Assembly (NCBI GenBank): GCA_963796455.1
Contig: CAWCLO010000004.1
Coordinates: 960,001-1,024,000 of the forward strand
DNA length: 64,000 bases
Reading direction: 5' to 3'
Source: Candidatus Sulfomarinibacteraceae bacterium
GTDB taxonomy: Bacteria > Acidobacteriota > Thermoanaerobaculia > Thermoanaerobaculales > Sulfomarinibacteraceae
Shown here: one piece after another, positions 9,192 through 17,917 of the stretch
How positions within the stretch are numbered: the stretch's first letter is position 1
Layout of the letters: the number at the start of each line of letters is the position of its first letter
Program-made: the position numbers and the translations under genes
The notes under the pieces: generated by a model
Database searches by the model: none
What the model was told of the DNA's origin: nothing
Seen by the model: the letters and a program-made list of their open reading frames with translations, nothing else

Positions 9192-10447
9192 GCCGTCAAC
9201 TCGCTGCCGGCAGCTGGTTGCGCATTCTTGCCGGGATCGCGGTTCTCATTTTGGCTGTTGAAACCCTGGGTGCGTGGCGATGGGGCAGGGCTGCGGCGGT
9301 TCTGATGCGCAACCCCGATCGCGGTGCGGTCATGCTTTCGGATGACCGGTCCGTCGCCCTTCCCTCGTTCGTAGAAAGATCGCGACGGCTCGTGGTGCGT
9401 GATTTTGGCAGCGCCGACCGCGAAGTCGTTGTCGCCGCGCTGACCCGTTTGGGTCACCGGCAGACGGCTTGGATTCCGGCCCATCCAAGTGGCTTCACAC
9501 ACCTGTCGCACGCCGCCTTGCTCGGTGATCAGCCCGCTGTGGCCCTCGACCTTCTTGGCAAGTCCCTCAAGCGCGATCCACTGTCACCCGCTCTGCGGCG
9601 ATTGCGGGCCATGGTTCTCCTGTACCTGGGCGTTCTGGATGAGGCGCTTCTGGATCTCGCCATCGCGGAGGCTGTGGCACCGGGTCTTCAGAGTCCGGAG
9701 ATCGAGCTTCCCCCCGAGGATCAGCGAGCCGTCAGGCTTGAATCTCTGCGCTTGCGGAGTGAGCTCTATCCCCGCAAGCGGACCGAAACCGCGCTCACCC
9801 TCGCCCGACTGCTGCGCAGCCAGGGTGATGTTGCCGCAGCTGAGCTCGTATTGGCAGATTTCGGGGGTCGTCCCGAAATCGAATTGGAACGCGCCCGGTG
9901 GGCGATGGAGGAAGGCGACCTCGGCCGTGCGATCCCTATTCTGGAGTCCATTGCCGAGCGGAGCTCCTATCCCAGAGCCATACGGGCCAGTGCCTGGTCT
10001 TCCATCGCAGTTGCCCGGGACCGGGACGGCGATCGCGACGGTGCCCTGGCCGCAGCTCAGGCCGCTCTCCAACTCATGCCCGCATCGCCAGCGCCCTATG
10101 TCACCCTTGCCGGTCTGGCACAGCGCAGGGGCGACGCTGACCTCGCACTGCAACACCTGCGGAGGGCGTGGGGGATGGCACCGACCGATGTCGGGCTCCT
10201 GCACCGGATCGCCGCGGTCGCGGAGGGTTCGGGCAAGACTTCCGATGCGATTCTGGCCCTCGAACGAGCAGTGGAAATCGAACCCAATGAAGCTCGCCAC
10301 GCCGCCGCCCTGGTTTCGTTTCAGATTCGGAACCGCGACTTCGTCGAAGCGGCCGGTGCCCTGTCACAAGCTCTCGATCGTTTCCCGACCGATCCGGAAT
10401 TGCTGCGTCTCGCCGAGCGGCTGCAGAGGGATATCGGGATCCGGTAG
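9188..10447 (+). CDS. Membrane-anchored tetratricopeptide-repeat protein
   Basis: N-terminal hydrophobic segment and repeated TPR-like helices (A...L..A..L.P); overlaps upstream stop (GTGA). Confidence 0.75.
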   Translation: MSRQLAAGSWLRILAGIAVLILAVETLGAWRWGRAAAVLMRNPDRGAVMLSDDRSVALPSFVERSRRLVVRDFGSADREVVVAALTRLGHRQTAWIPAHPSGFTHLSHAALLGDQPAVALDLLGKSLKRDPLSPALRRLRAMVLLYLGVLDEALLDLAIAEAVAPGLQSPEIELPPEDQRAVRLESLRLRSELYPRKRTETALTLARLLRSQGDVAAAELVLADFGGRPEIELERARWAMEEGDLGRAIPILESIAERSSYPRAIRASAWSSIAVARDRDGDRDGALAAAQAALQLMPASPAPYVTLAGLAQRRGDADLALQHLRRAWGMAPTDVGLLHRIAAVAEGSGKTSDAILALERAVEIEPNEARHAAALVSFQIRNRDFVEAAGALSQALDRFPTDPELLRLAERLQRDIGIR

Positions 10448-10466
10448 GAATTGGGCAGAGGAGAGG

Positions 10467-10530
10467 GAGCAGAGGAGCAGAGGAGCAGAGGAGCAGAGGA
10501 GCAGAGGAGCAGAGGAGCAGAGGAGCAGAG
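10467..10530. repeat. Tandem octamer (GAGCAGAG)x8
   Basis: Eight exact copies, flanked by the inverted pair GGGCAGAG (10453-60) / CTCTGCCC (10535-42). Confidence 0.95.
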
Positions 10531-10613
10531 GAGACTCTGCCCTTATCACGTTGGTCGACCCGCGATGATCTCCCTTTCCCCTCATACCCAGCCGAATCGG
10601 TGGGTCTTTTCAA

Positions 10614-10734
10614 GATGTCATCCTGAGCGAAGCGCCTTTGGCGCGAAGTCGAAGGATCTGCGGGCCGGGGTCTTTGTGATCCACCTCATAGATCCTTCGA
10701 CTTCGCCTTGTGGGGCTCCGCTCAGGATGACATC
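10614..10734. repeat. Palindromic REP/MITE-like element, copy 1
   Basis: GATGTCATCCTGAGCG...GTCGAAGGATCT / AGATCCTTCGAC...CGCTCAGGATGACATC nested inverted repeats; inverted homologue at 58455-58577. Confidence 0.9.
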
Positions 10735-10822
10735 GGGAGGCGACACTCCCATTCAGGAGAGATCAGAACCGAGTGGTTTTCCCTTTCCCTCGTTCGGTAA
10801 CGGTAAAGGGCTGGGGCTCGGG

Positions 10823-10850
10823 ATCCAGCATCCAGTATCCAGCATCGAGC
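10823..10850. repeat. Heptamer tandem repeat (ATCCAGY-like)x4
   Basis: atccagc atccagt atccagc atcgagc; reverse complement of the GATRCTS repeats at 55692, 57858 and 58293. Confidence 0.8.
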
Positions 10851-10897
10851 GACGGGGCGGTCTACCTTTCCCCCATTCTCCCTTTCACAGACGGCCC

Positions 10898-11641
10898 TCA
10901 CTCATCCTCGTCGGCATCAACCTTCGAATATCTGCCGGGTTTGGCCCCCGCCGCCCACTCCATCTGGCGACAGATGCCGCGGACGATCTGGACCTCGTTG
11001 TCGGTGATTCCGGCGCGACCGAAGAGCCGGCGGAGTTTGCGAAGGATCCGCTGCGGGCTCTGAGGATCGAGAAAGCCGATCACGGAGAGGCTCTGGTCGA
11101 GGTGTGCCATCAGGGCCTCCACCTCCACCTGTGAGGCCGGTTCCGGGGCGGCGTCGGGTGCTCCCACGGCCCACAGATGCGCCTCAGCCACCAGAATCGC
11201 GATTGCCTGGACGAGGTTGAGCACCGGAAATGCCGGATCGGTCGGGATACGGATGACCATATCGCAGCGATCGAGGTGGTCTCGGGTCAGACCGCGGGTT
11301 TCGTTGCCGAAAACGAGGGCAGCCTGCTCCGGGCCTCGCTCGAGCAAAAGGGGGATGGCCTCGGGGGGGGAAAGCACCGGAAGGTTTTTGCGCCCTCTTC
11401 CCGATGCAGATGCCGCCAGAGTGCGGTACGGAGCGCAGGCCTCGGCAAAGCTCGGCCATCTTCGGCACTGCAGCTGATCCTCGGCGCCGCAGGCCCAGCT
11501 GAGGACCTCCGGATCGTCGGGGGAAATCGCCGGGCGCACCAGCTCGAGTCTCGGAATTCCGAAGTTGGCCGCAACCCGCATGGCGGCCCCAAGGTTACCG
11601 GGCAGACCGGTTTCGACCAGAATCAAGGCTCCTACTGACAT
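10898..11641 (-). CDS. trmJ: TrmJ/LasT-family SPOUT RNA methyltransferase
   Basis: ILVET..PGNLGAAMR, ALVFGNETRGL, IPT.P.FPVLNLVQA and C-terminal IGFL...LRRLFGR; only the last 247 aa of the 976-aa ORF. Confidence 0.88.
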   Translation of the reverse strand: MSVGALILVETGLPGNLGAAMRVAANFGIPRLELVRPAISPDDPEVLSWACGAEDQLQCRRWPSFAEACAPYRTLAASASGRGRKNLPVLSPPEAIPLLLERGPEQAALVFGNETRGLTRDHLDRCDMVIRIPTDPAFPVLNLVQAIAILVAEAHLWAVGAPDAAPEPASQVEVEALMAHLDQSLSVIGFLDPQSPQRILRKLRRLFGRAGITDNEVQIVRGICRQMEWAAGAKPGRYSKVDADEDE

Positions 11642-11680
11642 CGGGGGATATAATAGACCAAAGATCGCAGCGGAGCTTTC

Positions 11681-13642
11681 ATGATCATTCCCCTCGGTCA
11701 CGAACAAACCAAAGTTCGGAGATTGCCGTGGGTGACCTTCTCGATCATGGGTCTGTGTGTTGTGGTCTTCATCGTCACGAATATCGTCGGCACCTCTCAT
11801 GAAGAGAGGGGTGCGGAACATCTCGACGAGGCGATCAACTATTTCGTAGAGCATCCCTACCTCGACCTCCCGGAGCGATTGCTGAACTTCTTCGAAACCC
11901 GGTTCGGTGAAGAAGAGACAGCCGCGGAGATCGAAACCATCCGCGAGTTGGGGCCGGATCGCCCGTCGAGCGAGTTGCAGGTATCGCAAGAACAGACCCA
12001 TCTCGATGAGCTTGTCGCCAAGGGTTATTCGTCGATGGAAAAATCGCCGATGCGACGCTGGGGTCTGGTGCCGGCCGATTTCCACATTCCGACCGTCGTG
12101 AGCTACCAGTTCCTCCACGGCGGTTTCTGGCACCTCTTTGGAAATCTCTTTCTGCTTTATCTGGCCGGTCCATTTATCGAGGATGTCTGGGGCCGTCCGA
12201 TCTACGGGTCGTTCTACATTGTTGCAGGTGGGATTGCGGGTCTGATGTTCATGGTCCGGTATCCGGATCTGGACATGCCTTTGATCGGCGCGTCGGGCGC
12301 CGTTGCCGGTGTGATGGGCGCCTTTTTGATTCGCTATTGGAACTCGAAGATCAAGTTCTTTTATTGGATCGGATTCATCTTCACCGGCGTCGGTACGGCT
12401 CCAGCGTGGATCATGTTGCCGCTGTGGTTCTTCAAAGAACTCTCGTATGCAAACCTGGCCGACTACCTCGCCCCGGGAGCGGGGGGTGGGGGAGTCGCGT
12501 TCTGGGCCCACGTGTGGGGTTTCGCATTCGGGGCCCTCGCGGCTACCGTGATCGCCTATTTCAAGGTCGAGGAGCGCTTTATCGATTCGAGCATCGAGTC
12601 CAAGATCACGGTGATCGACAACACGGTCGTGGAGTCGGCGGTTCAACTCGCCGACAAGGGAGATCTCGGAGGCTCCATCGAAGCTCTCGATCGGGAAATC
12701 AAGGCCAATCCGGACAACGTCGACGCGGCGATGGCCCTGTGGAATCTCAGTTTCCAGAACCAGAATGTGGGGGCGGCCGTCCCTGCGATGTTGGGCGCTA
12801 TGCGAAGCGCGGCGCGGCGGGGAGACAGCGGTTTTGTGGTCGCTCACTGGGAGGACATGCTGCATGCTGCGCCCTCGATGACCTTCGACCCCGTCCTGGG
12901 CATTCAAATTGCCGAGATGATGGAAAGGGAACGTCGGGAAGAAGCGGCACGGGAGACCCTGCGCCGTGCTCAGGAGTCGGTCACCGTCGGCACGCCTGCT
13001 GCCATTCAACTCCGTATGGCGCGGCTCGCCGTGGCCCTCCAGGCGCCGGAGGCCGCGGCCATTATCGAATCCGCTCTCGGAAATCCGGAAACGCCGCCGG
13101 AAGCGAGATCGGAACTCGAAACCGCGCGCAAAGTTATTCCCGAGACTATTCCCCCCCAATCCCACGAGCGCGATTCCATGGAAATCAGCGAAGAGGAGGA
13201 GGGAGCCGTCGAGACGGAAGAGGTGGTTCACACGCTGCGGAAGTTGGCTGCAATCCCGCGCTCGATCGAAGGCGCCTCGCTGCAGATCGAAGTCAATGGC
13301 GAGCTGCGCAAATTGCACATCGACTCGATTCAAGCCGTGGCGGTTGGCGGGATCAACCGGTCGGGGCAAAAACCGGTTGTTTTGGTCGATTTGTTGCTCG
13401 ATTCGCCCTGGGGCAACCGTGCGCCCATCCGAACAATCCGGGTCCTGAGCAACACCTTTGATCCCCGTCCCCTCGTCGGGATCGACGATCCGCTCAAAGC
13501 GTTTCAGAAATTCCTGGGGCACATGCTTGAGGTGTCGGAGGCGGTACCGCTTCCCGATCCCGATGCCGCGCGAGGACAGCCCTTTCGCTCTTATCCGACG
13601 ATTGATGCCTATGAACTCGAGGTGCTGGGTATTCGTCCCTGA
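11681..13642 (+). CDS. Rhomboid-family intramembrane serine protease with long C-terminal helical extension
   Basis: FLHGGFWHLFGN, GASGA (catalytic Ser), AFWAHVWGF (catalytic His). Confidence 0.88.
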   Translation: MIIPLGHEQTKVRRLPWVTFSIMGLCVVVFIVTNIVGTSHEERGAEHLDEAINYFVEHPYLDLPERLLNFFETRFGEEETAAEIETIRELGPDRPSSELQVSQEQTHLDELVAKGYSSMEKSPMRRWGLVPADFHIPTVVSYQFLHGGFWHLFGNLFLLYLAGPFIEDVWGRPIYGSFYIVAGGIAGLMFMVRYPDLDMPLIGASGAVAGVMGAFLIRYWNSKIKFFYWIGFIFTGVGTAPAWIMLPLWFFKELSYANLADYLAPGAGGGGVAFWAHVWGFAFGALAATVIAYFKVEERFIDSSIESKITVIDNTVVESAVQLADKGDLGGSIEALDREIKANPDNVDAAMALWNLSFQNQNVGAAVPAMLGAMRSAARRGDSGFVVAHWEDMLHAAPSMTFDPVLGIQIAEMMERERREEAARETLRRAQESVTVGTPAAIQLRMARLAVALQAPEAAAIIESALGNPETPPEARSELETARKVIPETIPPQSHERDSMEISEEEEGAVETEEVVHTLRKLAAIPRSIEGASLQIEVNGELRKLHIDSIQAVAVGGINRSGQKPVVLVDLLLDSPWGNRAPIRTIRVLSNTFDPRPLVGIDDPLKAFQKFLGHMLEVSEAVPLPDPDAARGQPFRSYPTIDAYELEVLGIRP

Positions 13643-13643
13643 T

Positions 13644-14216
13644 TCAACGGTCGGTGGCTTCGCCAAAAACCTGAGCGCTGAACACCTTGAGAATTGCGTC
13701 AGATCGGCGCCAGCAGCCCGCCTCGAGCCCGGCCTTGCGGCAGGTGTGATCGAGGAATGTCTCGCGGTCCCAACCATACTCGGTAGCGACCTGGGGAAGC
13801 AGCAGGCCACGTGCCGCTCCGCATTCAATCAGCACGCCGTCGCGCCCGACGACCACCTGTTCGGCGGATACCGGACAGAGGGGAGTCAAGGCTGAGATTT
13901 CGATGACGGTGCGGGAGAGTTCATCACCCGTCAAAGGTGGGAAGCGCGGGTCCTCGAATGCCGCCGCCACGGCATTGTCGCGGACGCTCTTCCACAGGGG
14001 TGAAACGCCGACGACGTGACCGATACAGCCCCGGAGGACGTGATCGATCTTGAGGGTGACAAAGGCGCCGCGTTGTTCGAGAAGAAGATCCGAGGGCGGC
14101 GAGGAGACCGGCGGGGGAAGGTCAGCCAGGCGGTTGGAGATGGCCGATCGGGCGAGATCGAGCAAGAACCGCCGGTCATCTTCACCGATCAACGGAGAGG
14201 TGGTCGGGGCTTCCAT
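13644..14216 (-). CDS. AMMECR1-domain protein (AmmeMemoRadiSam protein A)
   Basis: GAFVTL...LRGCIG, AAFEDPRF, GLLLPQVATE, CRKAG. Confidence 0.9.
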   Translation of the reverse strand: MEAPTTSPLIGEDDRRFLLDLARSAISNRLADLPPPVSSPPSDLLLEQRGAFVTLKIDHVLRGCIGHVVGVSPLWKSVRDNAVAAAFEDPRFPPLTGDELSRTVIEISALTPLCPVSAEQVVVGRDGVLIECGAARGLLLPQVATEYGWDRETFLDHTCRKAGLEAGCWRRSDAILKVFSAQVFGEATDR

Positions 14217-14242
14217 ACCCTGCAGGATGCTATCGTGCGCCC

Positions 14243-15508
14243 ATGATTGTCAAACTTCCTTTTGGCCATGAACAACTGGCTCTCGATCTTCGCGGCATTC
14301 GGGTTCGCCCATTGGCGCCCACCGCCCCTCCCGGTCAGCGCGATATTGGTGGGTTGGTGGCTCAGGCCCTGGACTCACCACTGGAAGGGGATCCACTGTC
14401 CACGCTCGCGTGCGATCGATCAACCGTCACCATCCTCGTGCCCGATTCCACCCGAAAGGCCTGGCTTCCAGAGGTGCTCCCGGCGGTGATTCTTCGTCTT
14501 GAAGGGGCGGGTATCGATGCCTCGGCAATCACGGTTCTGGTGGCCAACGGCACCCACCCCTCGGTCGGCGAGGAGGCGGTCGCAACCCTGGTGGGCCCGC
14601 TGCCGGACGGGGTCCGCGTGGTCGAACACGATAGCCGTCGCTTGCAGGATCTGGTGGTTGTCGGAAAACTCGGGCCGGATCGAGATCTTCACCTCAATCG
14701 CCGAGCGGTTGAAAGCGACCTCCTGATCACCGTCGGGACGGTCCGGCATCACTACTTTGCCGGTTTTGGTGGCGGCCCGAAAATGGTCTTTCCGGGAATC
14801 GGAGCCTATGACGAGATCCAGACCAATCATTCGCTGGTCTTGCGATCCGACGATCGGGGTTCCGTTCGCGAGCCCGCTTGTGAGCCCGGGTTGCTGATCG
14901 GCAATCCGGTAGCTGACGAAATCGCCAAGGCCGCCGATCTATACCCACCTGATCTCGCCCTGTGCCTGGTCGAGGGCAACGATGGGAACCCGGCCTGGGC
15001 GGGGGCCGGCCCCTGGCGGACGGCATTTGCGGCCGCGGTGGACAAGCTTCGAATCTGGTTCGAGACAAGCCCGGGCGCACCCTTTCAACTCATGGTTGCT
15101 TGTGGAGGCGGGTCGCCGTCCGACGCCACCCTGATCCAGGGCCACAAGTCTTTCGATGCCGTCTGCCGCTTTCTCGCTCCCGGGGGAGAGCTGCTGTATG
15201 TGGCGGCACTCGATGGCGGGCTTGGTTCACCCATGATGGAGCCGTTCATCCGTGATCCTCGACCCGAGCGCATTCTGGAAGCACTGGCAGAGAAATGGGT
15301 GCAATACGGTCACACAACCCTGCGCTTGGTTGAAAAGACTTCTCGCTATCGGGTCAGCCTTTGTTCGAACCTCGATCCGGTTGTGGTCTGCAAGCTCGGT
15401 TTCGAGCCAGTTGTGGAACCGGATGAGATCATCGAACGCTGGCGACGCGAATATCCGGGGGAAACGGTGGGCGTGATGGCAGGGGCGCCGGTCTTCCCAC
15501 GAAACTGA
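14243..15508 (+). CDS. LarA-family (lactate racemase-like, nickel-pincer) protein
   Basis: VPDSTR, ANGTH, HHYFAGFGGGPKMVFPG and QGHK motifs typical of DUF2088/LarA. Confidence 0.8.
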   Translation: MIVKLPFGHEQLALDLRGIRVRPLAPTAPPGQRDIGGLVAQALDSPLEGDPLSTLACDRSTVTILVPDSTRKAWLPEVLPAVILRLEGAGIDASAITVLVANGTHPSVGEEAVATLVGPLPDGVRVVEHDSRRLQDLVVVGKLGPDRDLHLNRRAVESDLLITVGTVRHHYFAGFGGGPKMVFPGIGAYDEIQTNHSLVLRSDDRGSVREPACEPGLLIGNPVADEIAKAADLYPPDLALCLVEGNDGNPAWAGAGPWRTAFAAAVDKLRIWFETSPGAPFQLMVACGGGSPSDATLIQGHKSFDAVCRFLAPGGELLYVAALDGGLGSPMMEPFIRDPRPERILEALAEKWVQYGHTTLRLVEKTSRYRVSLCSNLDPVVVCKLGFEPVVEPDEIIERWRREYPGETVGVMAGAPVFPRN

Positions 15509-15534
15509 TCCGGCAAATCTTCACGGATCTGCCC

Positions 15535-15548
15535 TTGACCCTGATCAA
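15535..15548. promoter_or_regulatory. Crp/Fnr-family (Fnr/DNR/HcpR-type) binding site
   Basis: TTGAC-CCTG-ATCAA, one mismatch from the Fnr consensus TTGAT-N4-ATCAA, 65 bp upstream of the cupin gene. Confidence 0.6.
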
Positions 15549-15612
15549 GGACGCGAATCGGTATGAACCCTACTCTTTCAACTGGATGTCAAGAGATCGT
15601 TTTGGAGGCTCC

Positions 15613-15972
15613 ATGACTGCAGATAAGAACACGATCGATGAGTTGGCCAGCGACCACCCGAGCGCGCTCGTCGACCTCGTCCGGGTGGGTGAGGGGGCGA
15701 TCGTCAGCCGGGTACTCGCCCGGACCACGGGCGGTAACGTGACCCTTTTTGCGTTTGACCAAGGGCAGGGGCTTTCCGAACACACCGCACCATTCGATGC
15801 TTTGGTCCAGGTCGTCGATGGGCGTCTCGATCTGACTATCGGGGAGAATCCCGTAAGTCTGGGTGCCGGCGAAGTGGTCAGGATGCCAGCCAACGTGCCC
15901 CACGCTCTGCACGCTCCGGAGCCCGCACGGATGCTTCTGACGATGCTCCGCGAAATCGAAACGGAGGCCTGA
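15613..15972 (+). CDS. Cupin-domain protein
   Basis: FAFDQGQGLSEHTAPFDA and MPANVPHAL; RBS GGAGG before ATG 15613. Confidence 0.88.
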   Translation: MTADKNTIDELASDHPSALVDLVRVGEGAIVSRVLARTTGGNVTLFAFDQGQGLSEHTAPFDALVQVVDGRLDLTIGENPVSLGAGEVVRMPANVPHALHAPEPARMLLTMLREIETEA

Positions 15973-16749
15973 ATGGCAATTCGAGAGGTCATTGAAATTG
16001 ACGAAAAGCTCTGCGACGGCTGTGGAGACTGCGTCACCGCATGTGCCGAAGGTGCGATCGCGATTATCGACGGCAAGGCCAAATTGATCAGTGATGTTTA
16101 TTGCGACGGCCTCGGAGCCTGTCTCGGCCACTGCCCTCAGGGAGCTCTCAAGGTCATCCATCGCGAGGCCGACGAGTTTGATGAATCAGCGGTCGAGCAG
16201 CACCTGAAGGGCATGGGGCAGGGGAGAAATCCTGTGGCACCAGCACCTGTTTTTGGTGTCGTCGGTCAAAACCCGATGGCCGGAGGCGGTTGTCCCGGTT
16301 CCCGACCCCAGGTGATGAGCCCCACCCAGGATCCCGCCGTCGCCGCCGGGCCCGGCCCCGCCTCACAGCTCGGACATTGGCCGATTCAGCTCCATCTCGT
16401 GCCGCCCACCGCGCCCTTCTTCCAGAATCAGAATGTGCTCCTGGCCGCAGACTGTGTGGCATTTTCGGTCGGCGATTTCCATCAACGCTATCTGCAGGGA
16501 CATTCCTTGGCCATCGCGTGCCCGAAACTTGACAGCAATCAGGAGATCTATCTCCAAAAGCTCGTCGCCATGATCGACGAGGCGGAGATCAAGAGCCTAA
16601 GTGTCATGGTCATGGAGGTCCCGTGCTGCGGAGGGCTGGTGCGTCTGGTCGAGGAGGCGCTCCGAAGGTCAGAGCGGCAGATTCCGGTCGAATGCCTGGT
16701 AGTGGGCACCCAGGGACACATCCTTGGTGAGTACCAGATCGCCGGCTGA
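15973..16749 (+). CDS. 4Fe-4S dicluster ferredoxin-like protein (type often associated with hcp)
   Basis: CDGCGDC..AC, CDGLGACLGHCP, GGCPGS, WPIQLHL, AADC, ACPKLD, MEVPCC. Confidence 0.85.
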   Translation: MAIREVIEIDEKLCDGCGDCVTACAEGAIAIIDGKAKLISDVYCDGLGACLGHCPQGALKVIHREADEFDESAVEQHLKGMGQGRNPVAPAPVFGVVGQNPMAGGGCPGSRPQVMSPTQDPAVAAGPGPASQLGHWPIQLHLVPPTAPFFQNQNVLLAADCVAFSVGDFHQRYLQGHSLAIACPKLDSNQEIYLQKLVAMIDEAEIKSLSVMVMEVPCCGGLVRLVEEALRRSERQIPVECLVVGTQGHILGEYQIAG

Positions 16750-16789
16750 TACAATCGGGTCGTTCGATGAGCGGCCCGAGGAGAATAGA

Positions 16790-17917
16790 ATGAGAGACCG
16801 ATTTGGCACCGTCCTAACCGTGGTGGTGCTGTTTTGTGCGGTGGCGTCTGCGCCGCCAGTCGTGGCCCAGGATGAGGGAAAGACCTTATTCTGGGTCGAA
16901 AATTCGACTGTTGAGATCGGCAAGGTCATTGCCGGCCGACCTGCTTCCGCCACATTCCTTTTCCACAACGACGGACCGGAGGATGTCCACATCATTCGGG
17001 CGAAACCTTCCTGAGGATGCACGGTGGCCGAGTTCGACTCGGTCATCCCGGCAGGTGGGTCGGGAACGCTGCGGGCGGTGATCAAAACAAGCGAACAACA
17101 AAGCGGCGTGTTTTCGAAATCGATCAATGTCCAGACCGATGCCGCGGATGCCCGGACTCTGGTCTTGCGATTGCGCGCCACAATCGACCAGCCCATCGTG
17201 GCAAAACCCCGCATGTTTCTTATCGTCACCGCGACCGAAGGCGAAGAGCTGCGAGGAGGTCTTCTGCTCCACCGGGCCGATGGTGTTCCCCTCGATATCT
17301 ACAGTGTGTCCTCCGGAAACCCACTGTTCAAACCGCGGGTCGAAAAGGTCGAGAAAACAAAGGAATTCGACGGGAGGGAAGGTCTGCCTGGAGATATATG
17401 GCTCGAGGTGGTCGGTGATGCAACCCTTGCTGCGGGAACCACGAAGGGCACCCTTCGCCTGGAAACAAATCATCCGGATGTTTCAAAGCTCTCGATTCCC
17501 TATACGATGCGCGTCCGCCCACTGATCACTCTTCGACCGGACGTCGTGAGAATGTGGCCGACCTCATCGACCGAAACCGTCGGTCGAGTTGCCGTCGTCG
17601 GTCTCAACCGAAACGACGGGATCGCCTTTTCGATCACTGACATCGAGGTTTCACATCCGGATCTGTTTACCGTGTCGGCCATTTCGACAAAGGCCGGTCA
17701 GCAACAACAGATCATGGTGGTTTTGGCCGAGAATCTTGCAAGCGACGACCTCGTCGGGAGCGTGGACGGGAGGATCACGATTCGTACCGACGATCCCCGA
17801 AAGCCGGTCATTGATGTTCCGGTCATCGTGGCCCGCAACCGGACTCAATCCCGGCGCCCGCCGAGAGCTTTTGTGCGGAGTCAGACAGCGGCGACTACGA
17901 ACCCGGCAGCGCGCTGA
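16790..17917 (+). CDS. Secreted DUF1573-like (Ig-like) protein, probable selenoprotein (TGA 17012-17014 = Sec)
   Basis: RBS GAGGAG and signal peptide. ORFs 16724-17014 and 17024-17917 share a frame and join as KPS-[TGA]-GCTVAEFD, matching the family S-C-G-C-T motif. Hairpin follows the TGA. Confidence 0.75.
17025..17045 (+). promoter_or_regulatory. Putative bacterial SECIS hairpin
   Basis: TGGCCGAGT-TCG-ACTCGGTCA 9-bp stem starting 11 nt after the in-frame TGA. Confidence 0.5.

Noticed and set aside
10467..10734. Possible CRISPR array
   Set aside because: Units are 8-bp tandem repeats or a single palindrome, with no unique spacers and no cas genes.
10451..11134. ORFs containing EEQRSRGA / LLCSSAP repeats (and GEGEKGRR at 58459-58991)
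   Set aside because: These are translations of octamer DNA repeats, not proteins.
11642..13828. N-terminal ~730 aa of the 976-aa minus-strand ORF
   Set aside because: Antisense shadow of the rhomboid gene; only 10898-11641 has TrmJ motifs.
17024..17917. Separate 297-aa gene starting at GTG 17024
   Set aside because: It would start mid-domain without a signal peptide; in-frame continuation through the TGA restores the family motif.
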